From Candidatus Yonathbacteria bacterium RIFCSPHIGHO2_02_FULL_44_14 (GTDB taxonomy: Bacteria > Patescibacteriota > Minisyncoccia > Phycocordibacterales > UBA1550): 64,000 nucleotides of DNA. The translations under genes were made by a program, and so were the position numbers. Positions 8,941 to 18,079 of the stretch are shown here, piece by piece; position 1 is the first letter of the stretch, and each line of letters starts with the position of its first letter. The notes under the pieces were generated by a model, which saw nothing but the letters and a program-made list of their open reading frames with translations, made no database searches and was not told where the DNA came from. The stretch spans positions 355 to 64,354 of the forward strand of contig MHUT01000012.1 in NCBI GenBank assembly GCA_001823535.1, in the 5' to 3' direction.

Positions 8941-9705
8941 CTATATTTTCTTTCTAAGAACTGGAAACCTCACCTGTCCGTATTGGTCCTCCCAAAATTC
9001 ATACGTCCAGGGAGTATCTTTGAGGAGCGCCTCGATAACGGGGCGCTGGTACTCATCGGCTTCAATGTATACCGCACCACATGGCTTCAAAAAATCCCAC
9101 GCTTGATCGATTAGAACTTTATGAAAATAATTTCCTCCGTCGTCTGCAAAAAATGCGAGGTGTGGTTCATGTGCGACCATATCGGGGTCAAGGTTGTCGA
9201 TATCGCTCGGCGGGATATATGGTGGGTTGGCAAAAATTGCATCATAGAGACCCGTCGCCGTCTCAAGAGAGTCTCCTGGAAGCACCAGTATCTGCTCGTC
9301 TGGGATACCACTCGCACGCGCACTCGCAATGATTCCCGGCGACAGGAGCGCATCAAGTTCGCTTATCTCCACGAGTGCATTTGGGATATGTTTTGCTACA
9401 GCAAGACCAACATTACCAGAGCCAGCGTATGCATCAAAAGTACGCAGCGGTCGCCCGAGTTCCTTGGTCTTCGCCTTGAGCTCTTGTATTGCGCGCAGTG
9501 CCCAATGTGCGGTTTCTGCGCGAGGAATAATTGGCTTGCAGGATAAATCAATATGCACCCCAAGAAAATCCTTCCATCCTAAAACGTACGGGTATGGCTC
9601 CCCTGCTTTCAGTCGCTCAACATCGTCAAAATACTCAAGGGATTCGATTCCGTGATATTTCTCGGCAAGGAGGAGGGCTCTATTTTTTTCTAAATCGTAG
9701 ACCAT
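8941..9705 (-). CDS. prmC: Release factor glutamine methyltransferase (HemK family)
   Basis: Motifs GEPYPYVLG, IPRAET, AGSG, NPPY and HEPHLAF. Confidence 0.9.
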   Translation of the reverse strand: MVYDLEKNRALLLAEKYHGIESLEYFDDVERLKAGEPYPYVLGWKDFLGVHIDLSCKPIIPRAETAHWALRAIQELKAKTKELGRPLRTFDAYAGSGNVGLAVAKHIPNALVEISELDALLSPGIIASARASGIPDEQILVLPGDSLETATGLYDAIFANPPYIPPSDIDNLDPDMVAHEPHLAFFADDGGNYFHKVLIDQAWDFLKPCGAVYIEADEYQRPVIEALLKDTPWTYEFWEDQYGQVRFPVLRKKI

Positions 9706-9711
9706 AAGAAT

Positions 9712-9882
9712 TTGTGGCGATGGGGTCTCGGTCCCGAGTTACTAATTCGCTACGCTCATAAGTACTCGCGACCCCACCTCACTGTCGCTTCGCGACATGT
9801 TCCGGCTTTCGATTCCCCACGCAAGCAAAGTAGTTTGCTTGCTCATCGCCCACAATAAAAGCACCTAAAGGTGTTTTTATTG
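9712..9882 (-). repeat. Structured 3'-trailer element of tRNA-Val, with direct and inverted copies of the tRNA 3' end
   Basis: Direct copy at 9712-9725; inverted copy at 9808-9818 plus 9844-9854; nested hairpins. Homologous to 19367-19585. Confidence 0.8.
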
Positions 9883-9956
9883 TGGGCGATGGGGGAATCG
9901 AACCTCCGACCTTTACAATGTCAATGTAACGCTCTAACCATCTGAGCTAATCGCCC
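9883..9956 (-). tRNA. tRNA-Val(GAC)
   Basis: GGGCGATTAGCTCAGATGGTTAGAGC-GTTACA TT GAC AT TGTAA-AGGTCGGAGGTTCGATTCCCCCATCGCCCA; CCA not encoded. Confidence 0.95.
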
Positions 9957-10003
9957 AATTTTCAATTTAAAAATTGCTTAATGTATATTCTATTTTCAAA
10001 TTG

Positions 10004-10090
10004 CGGAGATGGTGAGATTTGAACTCACGGTACGGTTTCCCGCACGGCGGTTTTCGAAACCGCTGCCTTCAACCACTCAGCCACATCTCC
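10004..10090 (-). tRNA. tRNA-Ser(CGA)
   Basis: GGAGATG acceptor, anticodon arm GCGGT TT CGA AA ACCGC, long variable arm and GTTCAAATC T-loop. Confidence 0.95.
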
Positions 10091-10236
10091 CTAAAACAAA
10101 TTTCTCAAAATTTGTTCGGGCGACCGTATTGTTTACAAGACGGTTTAGCCACTAAATTCCCTTCCAAAAGAACCTTATCAAGGTAGCATTTTTTTGCAAT
10201 TTTGGCAAAAATTGATATACTGCGCAGGTTGGTTTT

Positions 10237-10308
10237 GGCCCCATCGTCTATCGGTTAGGACGAAAGCTTTTCAAGCTTTAAAGCGGGGTTCGACTCCCCG
10301 TGGGGTCA
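10237..10308 (+). tRNA. tRNA-Glu(TTC)
   Basis: GGCCCCA acceptor, anticodon arm AAAGC TT TTC AA GCTTT and GGTTCGACTCC T-arm. Confidence 0.95.
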
Positions 10309-10326
10309 TGGTATGGTCAGAACAAA

Positions 10327-10366
10327 AAAAAACACCAAGCCACTCTAGAGTGGCTTGGTGTTTTTT
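10327..10366. terminator. Perfect 40-bp palindrome after tRNA-Glu (terminator)
   Basis: AAAAAACACCAAGCCACTCT|AGAGTGGCTTGGTGTTTTTT. Confidence 0.8.
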
Positions 10367-10393
10367 CGGCTACAAATTGTCCACACCCAAAGA

Positions 10394-10422
10394 TTGCAAT
10401 ATCTCTCCGTATTACTTATACT
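10394..10422 (+). promoter_or_regulatory. Sigma70-type promoter for the NO reductase gene
   Basis: TTGCAA-N17-TATACT. Confidence 0.6.
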
Positions 10423-10546
10423 ATATGCAGGAATTTTTTGACTGCCTGCACTGCTCACGATATTTAATTACAAAGTATTGCGAGCTGTGCGGGGAGCGTA
10501 TGTGTGCGTTTTATTAATTTATTAACCATGGGAAGCAATTTACAAA

Positions 10547-12835
10547 ATGGATAGTCAAAATTACGAGAAAGATAATGTTAGCAATGTCCTTAAATGGATT
10601 TTATTGGTTGTTGCGATAGTCTCATTCTGTATTCTCGGATGGGCGGCAAAGGTTACGTACAGCACCGTACCTCCTCAGCCAGACAAGTTTATTGCGGAAT
10701 CCGGAGAGTTGCTCATAACTGGCGAGGATATCGTTGCCGGCAAGGGCGGTTTCCAGAAAGCAGGCTTGATGGACTACGGCAGTCTCTATGGCATGGGCTC
10801 GTACTTTGGTATTGACTATACAGCAGAGTATTTGAAGCAACTTGGTTTGAGGACCGCGGACAACATCGCAATGACTCGTTTTGGTCAGCCATTTTCTGCA
10901 TTGTCGGAAGACAACCAAGAGTCTGCAAAGAGAGAGATGCGAAAAATGCTCAAAGGCATAGATCTCACAAAGAGTGAGGTGGTACTTCCCGCTCCTCTAG
11001 CTGACGCAGTAAAAACCATCAGACAGGATATCGTTACTTTCCTCTTCACGGAAGACCCAGAAAAAGGGTGGTACGGCACGAAGGCACTTAATAATGAGCT
11101 AGCTGTGAAAACTGCCAACTTCCTAATCTACTCATCTATCACAACAGTTGCAATGCGTCCTGATGGCTCCGCATCATGGACCCAAAATTGGCCGTACGAG
11201 CCTTTGGTTGGCAATGCACCGACAACAAGCGCTTTCAATTGGACATGGATCAGCTATGCCTTTACATTCCTCCTCTTTGGCGCAGTGATTTGGGTCTACG
11301 AACAATATCTCAATCATCGCGATACTTCACCTAGGGAGCACAAATTGATTGATTTTCGCCCACTGACACCGAGTCAGCGCAAGGTTGGAAAATACTTCAT
11401 TGTTGTTGGCGCGGTATTCCTGACTCAACTCGCCGTCGGTGTACTCATGGCGCACTATTATTCAGAGCGAACAAGTTTTTACGGATTTGATATAGCAGAA
11501 TATCTTCCATTCAATTTCCTTAGAGCAATGCACATTCAGACTCCTATCGTTTGGATTGGTTTGTCGTGGATTGGCGCGGCTCTATTCCTTGCTCCAGCAA
11601 TCAGCAAGCGTGAGGCAAAAGGACAAGGATTCCTAGTTGATCTTTTGTTCTGGGTAACACTGTTTGTAGTTGCAGGTGGCCTTATTGGAAATTACTTGGG
11701 TAACATTAACGTAATTGACAAAAATTGGTTCTGGTTTGGAAACCAAGGGTTGTCATACATTGAACTTGGTCGCTTCTGGCAGATGGGCTTCTTTGTCGGC
11801 CTATTAACATGGAGCGTTCTTGTATTCCGCGCATTGTGGCCTGAAAAGGGTCAAAGCATGAAAGCAATCCGTGAATTTTTTTCTGGCAATATTTACCTTG
11901 AGCACCTTTTGTGGGCTGCAACACTAAACATCGCATTGCTATACGCAGCAGGAATGGTTCCACTTACAGGAATCGCAAGCTCATTCTCTATTGCAGACTT
12001 CTGGAGATGGTGGGTTGTACACTTGTGGGTAGAACAGTCGTTTGAGTTCTTTACAGTGGCAGTGAGCGCGTACCTCCTTATGGAAACAGGTTTGGTGTCG
12101 CGAACACTTGCTGAGCGCGCTGTATACTTCGAGCTCATACTTATTTTCTTGGGAGGAGTTCTCGGCACAGGTCACCACCTATACTGGGTAGGTGCTGGCA
12201 GTATGTGGATTCCAATTGGAAGCATGTTCTCATTTATTGAGGTTATCCCACTTCTACTCCTTATTATTGAGTCCATCCAGCAATATCGTCTTATTAAAGG
12301 AACAGGTGGCACATTCAAGTACAATCTTGCATACTTATTTATCATAGGTGCTGCATTCTGGAACTTTGTCGGCGCAGGAGTATTTGGTGGCGGTCTTATC
12401 AATGCTCCACTAGTAAACTACTACGAGCACGGCACATTCCTAACACTCAACCACGCGCACTTGGCGCTCTTTGGAGCGTTTGGTTTACTGGCAATAGGAC
12501 TCATCTACTACTGCTTGCGTTACGCGGCAGGCAACCATACTCCTTTTACGGAGAAAACTGGATACTGGGCATTCTGGCTCTACAATATCGGGCTCTTGCT
12601 TTGGATGACTCTTCATTTCCTCCCTATCGGGTTCCCTCAACTTGCGGCAGTGTACGAACACGGCTATGCGTTTGCTCGCAGTATGGAATTCTATGACACC
12701 ACTGTTCTTTGGCAGTGGATGCGAATCCCCGGCGATGTGCTGTTTGGTGCCGCTGCTCTTATTATGGTTTGGGACTTCTTTAAAAAACTTAAGCCAGTCT
12801 TTAAACCACCAGTACAAGAAGGACAAGGAAACTAA
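10547..12835 (+). CDS. norB: Quinol-dependent nitric oxide reductase (qNor, long-chain NorB/NorZ)
   Basis: 762 aa with N-terminal MDYGSLYGMGSYFG domain, AHYYSE, RAMHIQ, YIELGRFWQ, WWVVHLWVE, GTGHH, HAHLALFG and RIPGD; many TM helices. Confidence 0.92.
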   Translation: MDSQNYEKDNVSNVLKWILLVVAIVSFCILGWAAKVTYSTVPPQPDKFIAESGELLITGEDIVAGKGGFQKAGLMDYGSLYGMGSYFGIDYTAEYLKQLGLRTADNIAMTRFGQPFSALSEDNQESAKREMRKMLKGIDLTKSEVVLPAPLADAVKTIRQDIVTFLFTEDPEKGWYGTKALNNELAVKTANFLIYSSITTVAMRPDGSASWTQNWPYEPLVGNAPTTSAFNWTWISYAFTFLLFGAVIWVYEQYLNHRDTSPREHKLIDFRPLTPSQRKVGKYFIVVGAVFLTQLAVGVLMAHYYSERTSFYGFDIAEYLPFNFLRAMHIQTPIVWIGLSWIGAALFLAPAISKREAKGQGFLVDLLFWVTLFVVAGGLIGNYLGNINVIDKNWFWFGNQGLSYIELGRFWQMGFFVGLLTWSVLVFRALWPEKGQSMKAIREFFSGNIYLEHLLWAATLNIALLYAAGMVPLTGIASSFSIADFWRWWVVHLWVEQSFEFFTVAVSAYLLMETGLVSRTLAERAVYFELILIFLGGVLGTGHHLYWVGAGSMWIPIGSMFSFIEVIPLLLLIIESIQQYRLIKGTGGTFKYNLAYLFIIGAAFWNFVGAGVFGGGLINAPLVNYYEHGTFLTLNHAHLALFGAFGLLAIGLIYYCLRYAAGNHTPFTEKTGYWAFWLYNIGLLLWMTLHFLPIGFPQLAAVYEHGYAFARSMEFYDTTVLWQWMRIPGDVLFGAAALIMVWDFFKKLKPVFKPPVQEGQGN

Positions 12836-12841
12836 ATTTGT

Positions 12842-12894
12842 CTCAGTAAAAAAAAGCCCAGCCCATCCCAAAGGGGCTGGGCTTTTTTACTGAG
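12842..12894 (+). terminator. Intrinsic terminator after norB
   Basis: AAAGCCCAGCCC...GGGCTGGGCTTTTTT hairpin, extended by CTCAGTA/TACTGAG. Confidence 0.8.
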
Positions 12895-12915
12895 TTCGTT
12901 GTATACTATACACGT

Positions 12916-13341
12916 ATGAATACAGACAAGGGACCAGAACCAACCCCCATTAAAATCAAAGATTACCACCCTCACTACTACGGCGATCTTGTTAGGAAGC
13001 ATCTCTTTTTCGCGGCATTTGTCATAATGGTTGCGGCGCTCATTGACAGCGAGCTTCGGAACTTTTATCTCTTTATCGGCCTTTTTGGAGTGGTGGGTTT
13101 CACTATCCTTGCCGGACTTACCAGTCCCAAAAAACGCTCGATAGTATTTACCGATGTCGTCGTGTCTGCAATAATGTTTCTCATTTTTGAATACTTTGCG
13201 ATTTTCGCATTTATACAATACGAAAGTTTTTCAAACTCTGTGTTTTTCTTCCGCCAGTTAATCGCAGTGATTTATCTAATTGCATTGTATTACAGTACTA
13301 AAACACTGAGGTTTTACGATGACCTCGAACGTAGCGAATAA
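12916..13341 (+). CDS. Hypothetical membrane protein (about 4 TM)
   Basis: Several hydrophobic segments; -10 box just upstream of the ATG. Confidence 0.75.
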   Translation: MNTDKGPEPTPIKIKDYHPHYYGDLVRKHLFFAAFVIMVAALIDSELRNFYLFIGLFGVVGFTILAGLTSPKKRSIVFTDVVVSAIMFLIFEYFAIFAFIQYESFSNSVFFFRQLIAVIYLIALYYSTKTLRFYDDLERSE

Positions 13342-13357
13342 AATAAATCATAAACAT

Positions 13358-13516
13358 ATGTCATCAATAGCATCATTCATACTTCTTCTTCTCGGACTCT
13401 GGGTTCTCAGTTTTTTCGTATTTCATATTGCCGGGTTTCTTATTCACATTCTTCTTATTATAGCGATAATCATGATCCTTGTACGTGTTATTCGTGGAGA
13501 AAATCCATTTAGGTAA
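13358..13516 (+). CDS. Small membrane protein, lmo0937/DUF5670-like
   Basis: LLGLWVLSFFVFHIAGFLIHILLIIAII...RVIRG pattern; start at ATG 13358. Confidence 0.8.
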   Translation: MSSIASFILLLLGLWVLSFFVFHIAGFLIHILLIIAIIMILVRVIRGENPFR

Positions 13517-13523
13517 AGCAAAC

Positions 13524-13952
13524 ATGAAAAGAGGCGAAGACTACACTGGTGTTACCGTTACCTATCTCTGTCACGACGGCAACGGAAATTTTTTGTTTAA
13601 TAAACGCTCCACCAATTGTCGCGATGAACATGGTTGTTGGGATCACGGGAGTGGTGCAATGGAGTTCGGCGATACAATCGAAGGCACGTTGAAAAAAGAA
13701 ATTAAGGAAGAGTATTGCGCGGATATTTTAGAATACCATCCATTGGGCTATCGAGATGTACACCGAGAACACGACGGCAAGAAAACTCACTGGATTGCGC
13801 TAGATTTTTTAGTTCTCATCGACAGAGATAAAATTAAGAACGGTGAACCGCATAAATTTGATGACATAGGGTGGTTTGTGCTAGACAATCTCCCTAGTCC
13901 GCTACATTCGCAATTTTCCACCTTTTTGAAACTATATAGGGACAGGATCTGA
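13524..13952 (+). CDS. NUDIX hydrolase
   Basis: Nudix box GAMEFGDTIEGTLKKEIKEEY; C-terminal EPHKFDDIGWF. Confidence 0.9.
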   Translation: MKRGEDYTGVTVTYLCHDGNGNFLFNKRSTNCRDEHGCWDHGSGAMEFGDTIEGTLKKEIKEEYCADILEYHPLGYRDVHREHDGKKTHWIALDFLVLIDRDKIKNGEPHKFDDIGWFVLDNLPSPLHSQFSTFLKLYRDRI

Positions 13953-13989
13953 TACTGGGCTGTATAAGATTTAATGATATACTATTTTT

Positions 13990-14250
13990 ATGAGACAAAG
14001 AATAATACAAGGCGGGTACATAGGAGTCCTCGCAGTCATTATTGGAACATCAGTAATGCTTTTCCTTTTTGTTAAAGTTTATCTTACGCCAAGCACGGCA
14101 GTGTCAGAGCTTCAACCAACAAATGCAGACGGAGTAATACCCGCCACGGAATACGAGCGTAAGCGTGCAACCATCGACAAGGTAAACACCATCGCGGACC
14201 AGCAAAAAGAAAGAGCTGAAGAAACTAACAGCATGATGGACGGCATATAG
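13990..14250 (+). CDS. Hypothetical single-TM protein
   Basis: N-terminal hydrophobic helix after QGG, loosely pilin-like; leaderless-type -10 box. Confidence 0.65.
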   Translation: MRQRIIQGGYIGVLAVIIGTSVMLFLFVKVYLTPSTAVSELQPTNADGVIPATEYERKRATIDKVNTIADQQKERAEETNSMMDGI

Positions 14251-14312
14251 AAGTCCCGAAAGTAGCCACGGAAAAGTTGCGCCAAGTTACCGATCTGCTA
14301 TGATTCCTGCAT

Positions 14313-15527
14313 ATGCGTATTCTCGCTATCGAAACCAGTTGTGACGAAACCGGCATTGCTATTGTTGAATCAAAAGGATCATCGCTGGTACCAAAAACTA
14401 TAAGAGTACTCGCAAATACACTTGTATCGCAGGCGACACTCCACGCTCAGTTTGGAGGAGTCTTCCCTGCTGTTGCACGGCGCGAACATGCAAAAGCCAT
14501 CGTGCCGCTTCTCGTGCACGCACTCACGGAAGCAGGTCTCGCGAAAAAACTTAAACAAGAGCGCATACTCTCAAAAAAAGAAGAAACTACCCTCGCGAGG
14601 ATTTTCCATAAAGAGCCTGAGCTTTTTGTGCTTTTCAAGGAATCCCTTAATGCCCTCAAAGTTCCAATAATTGATGCGATTGCGGTAACCGTGGGTCCAG
14701 GACTTGAGCCTGCGCTGTGGGTCGGCATCAACACTGCCGAAGCGCTTGGCGTACTTTGGGGTGTACCGGTCATCCCCGTAAACCACATGGAGGGGCACAT
14801 CGTTGCTTCACTTATGCAAACAAAGGATGACGGTAAAACTTTTTCACTCGCAATGCCGAGGTTTCCATCGCTCGCACTCCTCATTTCTGGCGGACACACC
14901 GAGCTTGTTTTAATGCCAAGCAGAGGCAAGTACAAAATGCTTGGACAAACACGTGACGATGCAGTCGGCGAAGCGTTTGATAAGGTTGCGCGCATGCTGG
15001 GCCTATCCTACCCCGGAGGCCCCGAGATCTCCAAGCTCGCAGAAAAAGCTCCAGCGCATGAAAAACTTTCTGTCCCGCTCCCCCGCCCTATGCTCAAGTC
15101 GGGCGACTTTGATTTTTCATTTTCAGGGTTAAAAACCTCGGTGCTTTATGCGATCAAAAAATTTGAAACTCTAACCGATCGTGATAAGGAACTAATCGCA
15201 AAAGATTTTGAGGATTCAGTAACCGAAGTCCTTGTTACAAAAACACTCAAAGCTGCGAAAAAGTACAAAGTAAAAGAGATCATTCTCGGCGGTGGTGTAA
15301 CCGCTAATAGAAAAATTCGTAAGATATTTCAAGAAAGTGTTGCAGAGGAACTTCCTGACACTAAACTCTTCATTCCAACCATCCTACTCTCTGGAGACAA
15401 CGGCCTCATGATCGGCGTCGCTGGACTCCTCCGCTCTAAATCCAAAAAACACATCGTCGCAAACGGCACCCTCAAGCTCGCAAAGTCAGTCAGCCCAACA
15501 CTTGACGAACTGAGGAAGAGGAAATAA
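14313..15527 (+). CDS. tsaD: tRNA N6-adenosine threonylcarbamoyltransferase
   Basis: Motifs IETSCDETG, HMEGH, SGGHT, DDAVGEAFDK and FSFSGLKT; an ~50-aa insertion follows REHAKAI. Confidence 0.97.
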   Translation: MRILAIETSCDETGIAIVESKGSSLVPKTIRVLANTLVSQATLHAQFGGVFPAVARREHAKAIVPLLVHALTEAGLAKKLKQERILSKKEETTLARIFHKEPELFVLFKESLNALKVPIIDAIAVTVGPGLEPALWVGINTAEALGVLWGVPVIPVNHMEGHIVASLMQTKDDGKTFSLAMPRFPSLALLISGGHTELVLMPSRGKYKMLGQTRDDAVGEAFDKVARMLGLSYPGGPEISKLAEKAPAHEKLSVPLPRPMLKSGDFDFSFSGLKTSVLYAIKKFETLTDRDKELIAKDFEDSVTEVLVTKTLKAAKKYKVKEIILGGGVTANRKIRKIFQESVAEELPDTKLFIPTILLSGDNGLMIGVAGLLRSKSKKHIVANGTLKLAKSVSPTLDELRKRK

Positions 15528-15573
15528 AAAAACCACGCTTTTAAAAAGCGTGGTAGGCTGTGAGCGAGAATAA

Positions 15574-15837
15574 TTACTTTAGCCGTATCAATAAGCAAGA
15601 AACGGTTATTTTATCAACATATTTACTTGTAATAGTTTTTGTTATTTTTGATTTTAGTAATCCCAACCAACGAACTTCAACAATGGTGTGTCGCTCAACC
15701 CAGACAACTGGCCGAAGCAACTTTACGGATACTCTTGTCTCCATGTCAGATATCACTTCTGCTGGAACCCAGCAATCATCGGCCACAGACACTTCCACAA
15801 GTTCTCCTTTTTCAAGTGTTCTGTCTATATGACTCAT
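15574..15837 (-). CDS. Hypothetical protein
   Basis: ORF with a strong SD (AGAGGAG) before ATG 15837. Confidence 0.55.
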   Translation of the reverse strand: MSHIDRTLEKGELVEVSVADDCWVPAEVISDMETRVSVKLLRPVVWVERHTIVEVRWLGLLKSKITKTITSKYVDKITVSCLLIRLK

Positions 15838-15937
15838 AACCACGCTCCTCTTGTTGTAACTTTATAAGTATAGCATATTTAGTACGAAAAGTCAATCCCT
15901 ACTGACCTGTCAAAAACTGTGATAAAATAAGCCGACA

Positions 15938-18079
15938 ATGACTGCATTTCCCGAAAAACTAAACAAACCCTATGAGCCGGCAAACACTGAGGCTCGCATT
16001 TACAAACTTTGGGAGGAGAGCGGGTTTTTTAATCCAGACAACCTGCCTGCACGCCACCAAGAACCTTTTACAATCGTTATGCCTCCACCAAACGCCAATG
16101 GGCGGCTCCATGCAGGACACGGGCTCACCATCGCGCTCGAGGACATTATGACGCGCTACCAGCGGATGCAGGGCAAAAAAGCGCTCTGGGTGCCGGGTGC
16201 TGACCATGCGGGTTTTGAAACACAAGTGGTGTATGAAAAGAAACTCGAGAAGGAAGGTCACTCGCGTTTCAAAATGGACCGCAAGGAACTCTATGACGAG
16301 ATCATGGCGTTCACTCTCGAGAGTAAGAAGCACATGGAAGCTGATGTGAAAGCGCTCGGCGCATCGTGCGACTGGTCGCGCGAAAAATTCACCCTCGACC
16401 CCAGTGTCGTTTCTGAGGTACAGGAAACATTTCGCAAACTCTATCGCGACAACCTGGTCTATCGCGGATACCGCACAGTGAACTGGTGCACCAAACATCA
16501 GACTTCCCTCTCTGATGTCGAGACCGAAACCGTAGAAAAAAATGACAAACTTTACTACATCAAATACGGGCCATTCACCGTCGCCACCGTACGCCCCGAA
16601 ACTATTTTTGGCGATGTCGCCATTGCGGTTAATCCAAATGATGCACGATACAAGGAATTCATTGGTCAAACCGTTGAGGTACAGCATCCTGAAGGGAAAC
16701 TTTCGCTCGTAGTCATCGGTGACGAAGAAGTTGATCCAGAGTTTGGTACTGGCGCGCTCAAGATCACACCTGCGCACGACCACAACGACTTCCGTATGTC
16801 CGAAACACACAAGCTTTCGCGCGTTGAGGTCATTGATCAATTCGGTAAACTAAATGACAAGACGGGTAAATATGCTGGAATGAAAGTTGCCGAAGCCCGC
16901 ATAAAAGTTGTGGAGGATTTGCAGACACTCGAACTCATTGAAAAGATTGAGGATTATGCACATGCCGTTCCTACTTGCTACAAATGCGATACCACTATTG
17001 AACCGCGCGTGATGCCTCAGTGGTTTGTAAAAATGGCGCCACTGGCAAAATTGGCGAGCGACGCTGTGCGTGATGGAAAAATAAAATTCATTCCTGACAA
17101 TTTTGAAAAAATATTTTTGTACTGGATGGATAACACGATGGACTGGAATATCTCGCGTCAGATCGTATGGGGAATTCAAATCCCCGCCCTCGTATGCAGA
17201 AGCTGTAACGTTGGCGTCCTCTATGAGGAAACTATCGAGGGTTCAGAATGCAACTGCGGAGGAACCTTTGTATGCGACACCGACACCTTCGACACATGGT
17301 TTTCGTCTGGCCAGTGGCCCCTTTTGGCACTAGGATACCCCAAAAGCCAAGATTTGAGCTTCTACCCAACGGATGTTATGGAAACCGGCCGAGACCTCAT
17401 TTTCAAGTGGATCCCGCGTATGGTCATTTTTGGGCTTTATCTCAAAGGCGAAGTGCCTTTCCGTACGGTGTATTTACACGGCATGGTCAACGACAAGCAC
17501 GGCAAAAAAATGTCAAAGAGCAAAGGAAACGTCGTCGCACCCAACGAGCTCACCGGTAAGTACGGAGCCGACGCGCTTCGCATCGGACTCGTCATCGGCA
17601 ATACCCCGGGCAACGACATTGCGCTTGCAGAAGACAAAATAAAAGGGTATAAACATTTCTGCAATAAAATTTGGAATGCGTCGCGCTTCGTCCTCACAAA
17701 CACCACCGGCACGACACTCGATACCCCACGACCTGCGCTCACTCCGCGTGACGAAGAAATCCTCACGGAGCTAAATACTGCCATCATCAGTATTACTGCG
17801 CACTACGAAAACTTTCGTTTCCATCTCGCTGGCGAAGAACTCTATCATTATTTTTGGAACACGTTTGCTGACATTATTATCGAAGAAATGAAACCGCGCC
17901 TTCTCGGCGATGACGAAGTTTCAAAAAAAGCCGGCGAGTGGGTACTCCTCACTATTCTCGTAGTGAACATCAAAATGCTCCACCCATTCATCCCGTTCAT
18001 CACCGAAGAACTCTGGGAAATGTTGCCAAAAGAAAATAAGCAACTTCTCATCATAGAACCATGGCCGAAACCATTTTAA
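15938..18079 (+). CDS. valS: Valyl-tRNA synthetase (short form without the C-terminal coiled coil)
   Basis: Motifs PPPNANGRLHAGH, DWNISRQ, DTWFSS and KMSKS. Confidence 0.97.
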   Translation: MTAFPEKLNKPYEPANTEARIYKLWEESGFFNPDNLPARHQEPFTIVMPPPNANGRLHAGHGLTIALEDIMTRYQRMQGKKALWVPGADHAGFETQVVYEKKLEKEGHSRFKMDRKELYDEIMAFTLESKKHMEADVKALGASCDWSREKFTLDPSVVSEVQETFRKLYRDNLVYRGYRTVNWCTKHQTSLSDVETETVEKNDKLYYIKYGPFTVATVRPETIFGDVAIAVNPNDARYKEFIGQTVEVQHPEGKLSLVVIGDEEVDPEFGTGALKITPAHDHNDFRMSETHKLSRVEVIDQFGKLNDKTGKYAGMKVAEARIKVVEDLQTLELIEKIEDYAHAVPTCYKCDTTIEPRVMPQWFVKMAPLAKLASDAVRDGKIKFIPDNFEKIFLYWMDNTMDWNISRQIVWGIQIPALVCRSCNVGVLYEETIEGSECNCGGTFVCDTDTFDTWFSSGQWPLLALGYPKSQDLSFYPTDVMETGRDLIFKWIPRMVIFGLYLKGEVPFRTVYLHGMVNDKHGKKMSKSKGNVVAPNELTGKYGADALRIGLVIGNTPGNDIALAEDKIKGYKHFCNKIWNASRFVLTNTTGTTLDTPRPALTPRDEEILTELNTAIISITAHYENFRFHLAGEELYHYFWNTFADIIIEEMKPRLLGDDEVSKKAGEWVLLTILVVNIKMLHPFIPFITEELWEMLPKENKQLLIIEPWPKPF

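Noticed and set aside
10091-10165. Possible duplicated 5' end upstream of tRNA-Ser (TTAGCCAC...TCCCT)
   Set aside because: The match is short and gapped, and the 55-bp repeat is absent, so chance cannot be excluded.
10547-12835. Possible NO dismutase (Nod) or cytochrome c oxidase subunit I
   Set aside because: The FeB His ligands, catalytic Glu and quinol-site residues follow the qNor pattern; there is no oxidase-type cross-linking Tyr after HLWVE and no subunit II gene.
15959-16840. 293-aa antisense ORF inside valS, and the many other shadow ORFs in the track
   Set aside because: They fully overlap well-supported genes on the opposite strand or in another frame and have no recognisable motifs.
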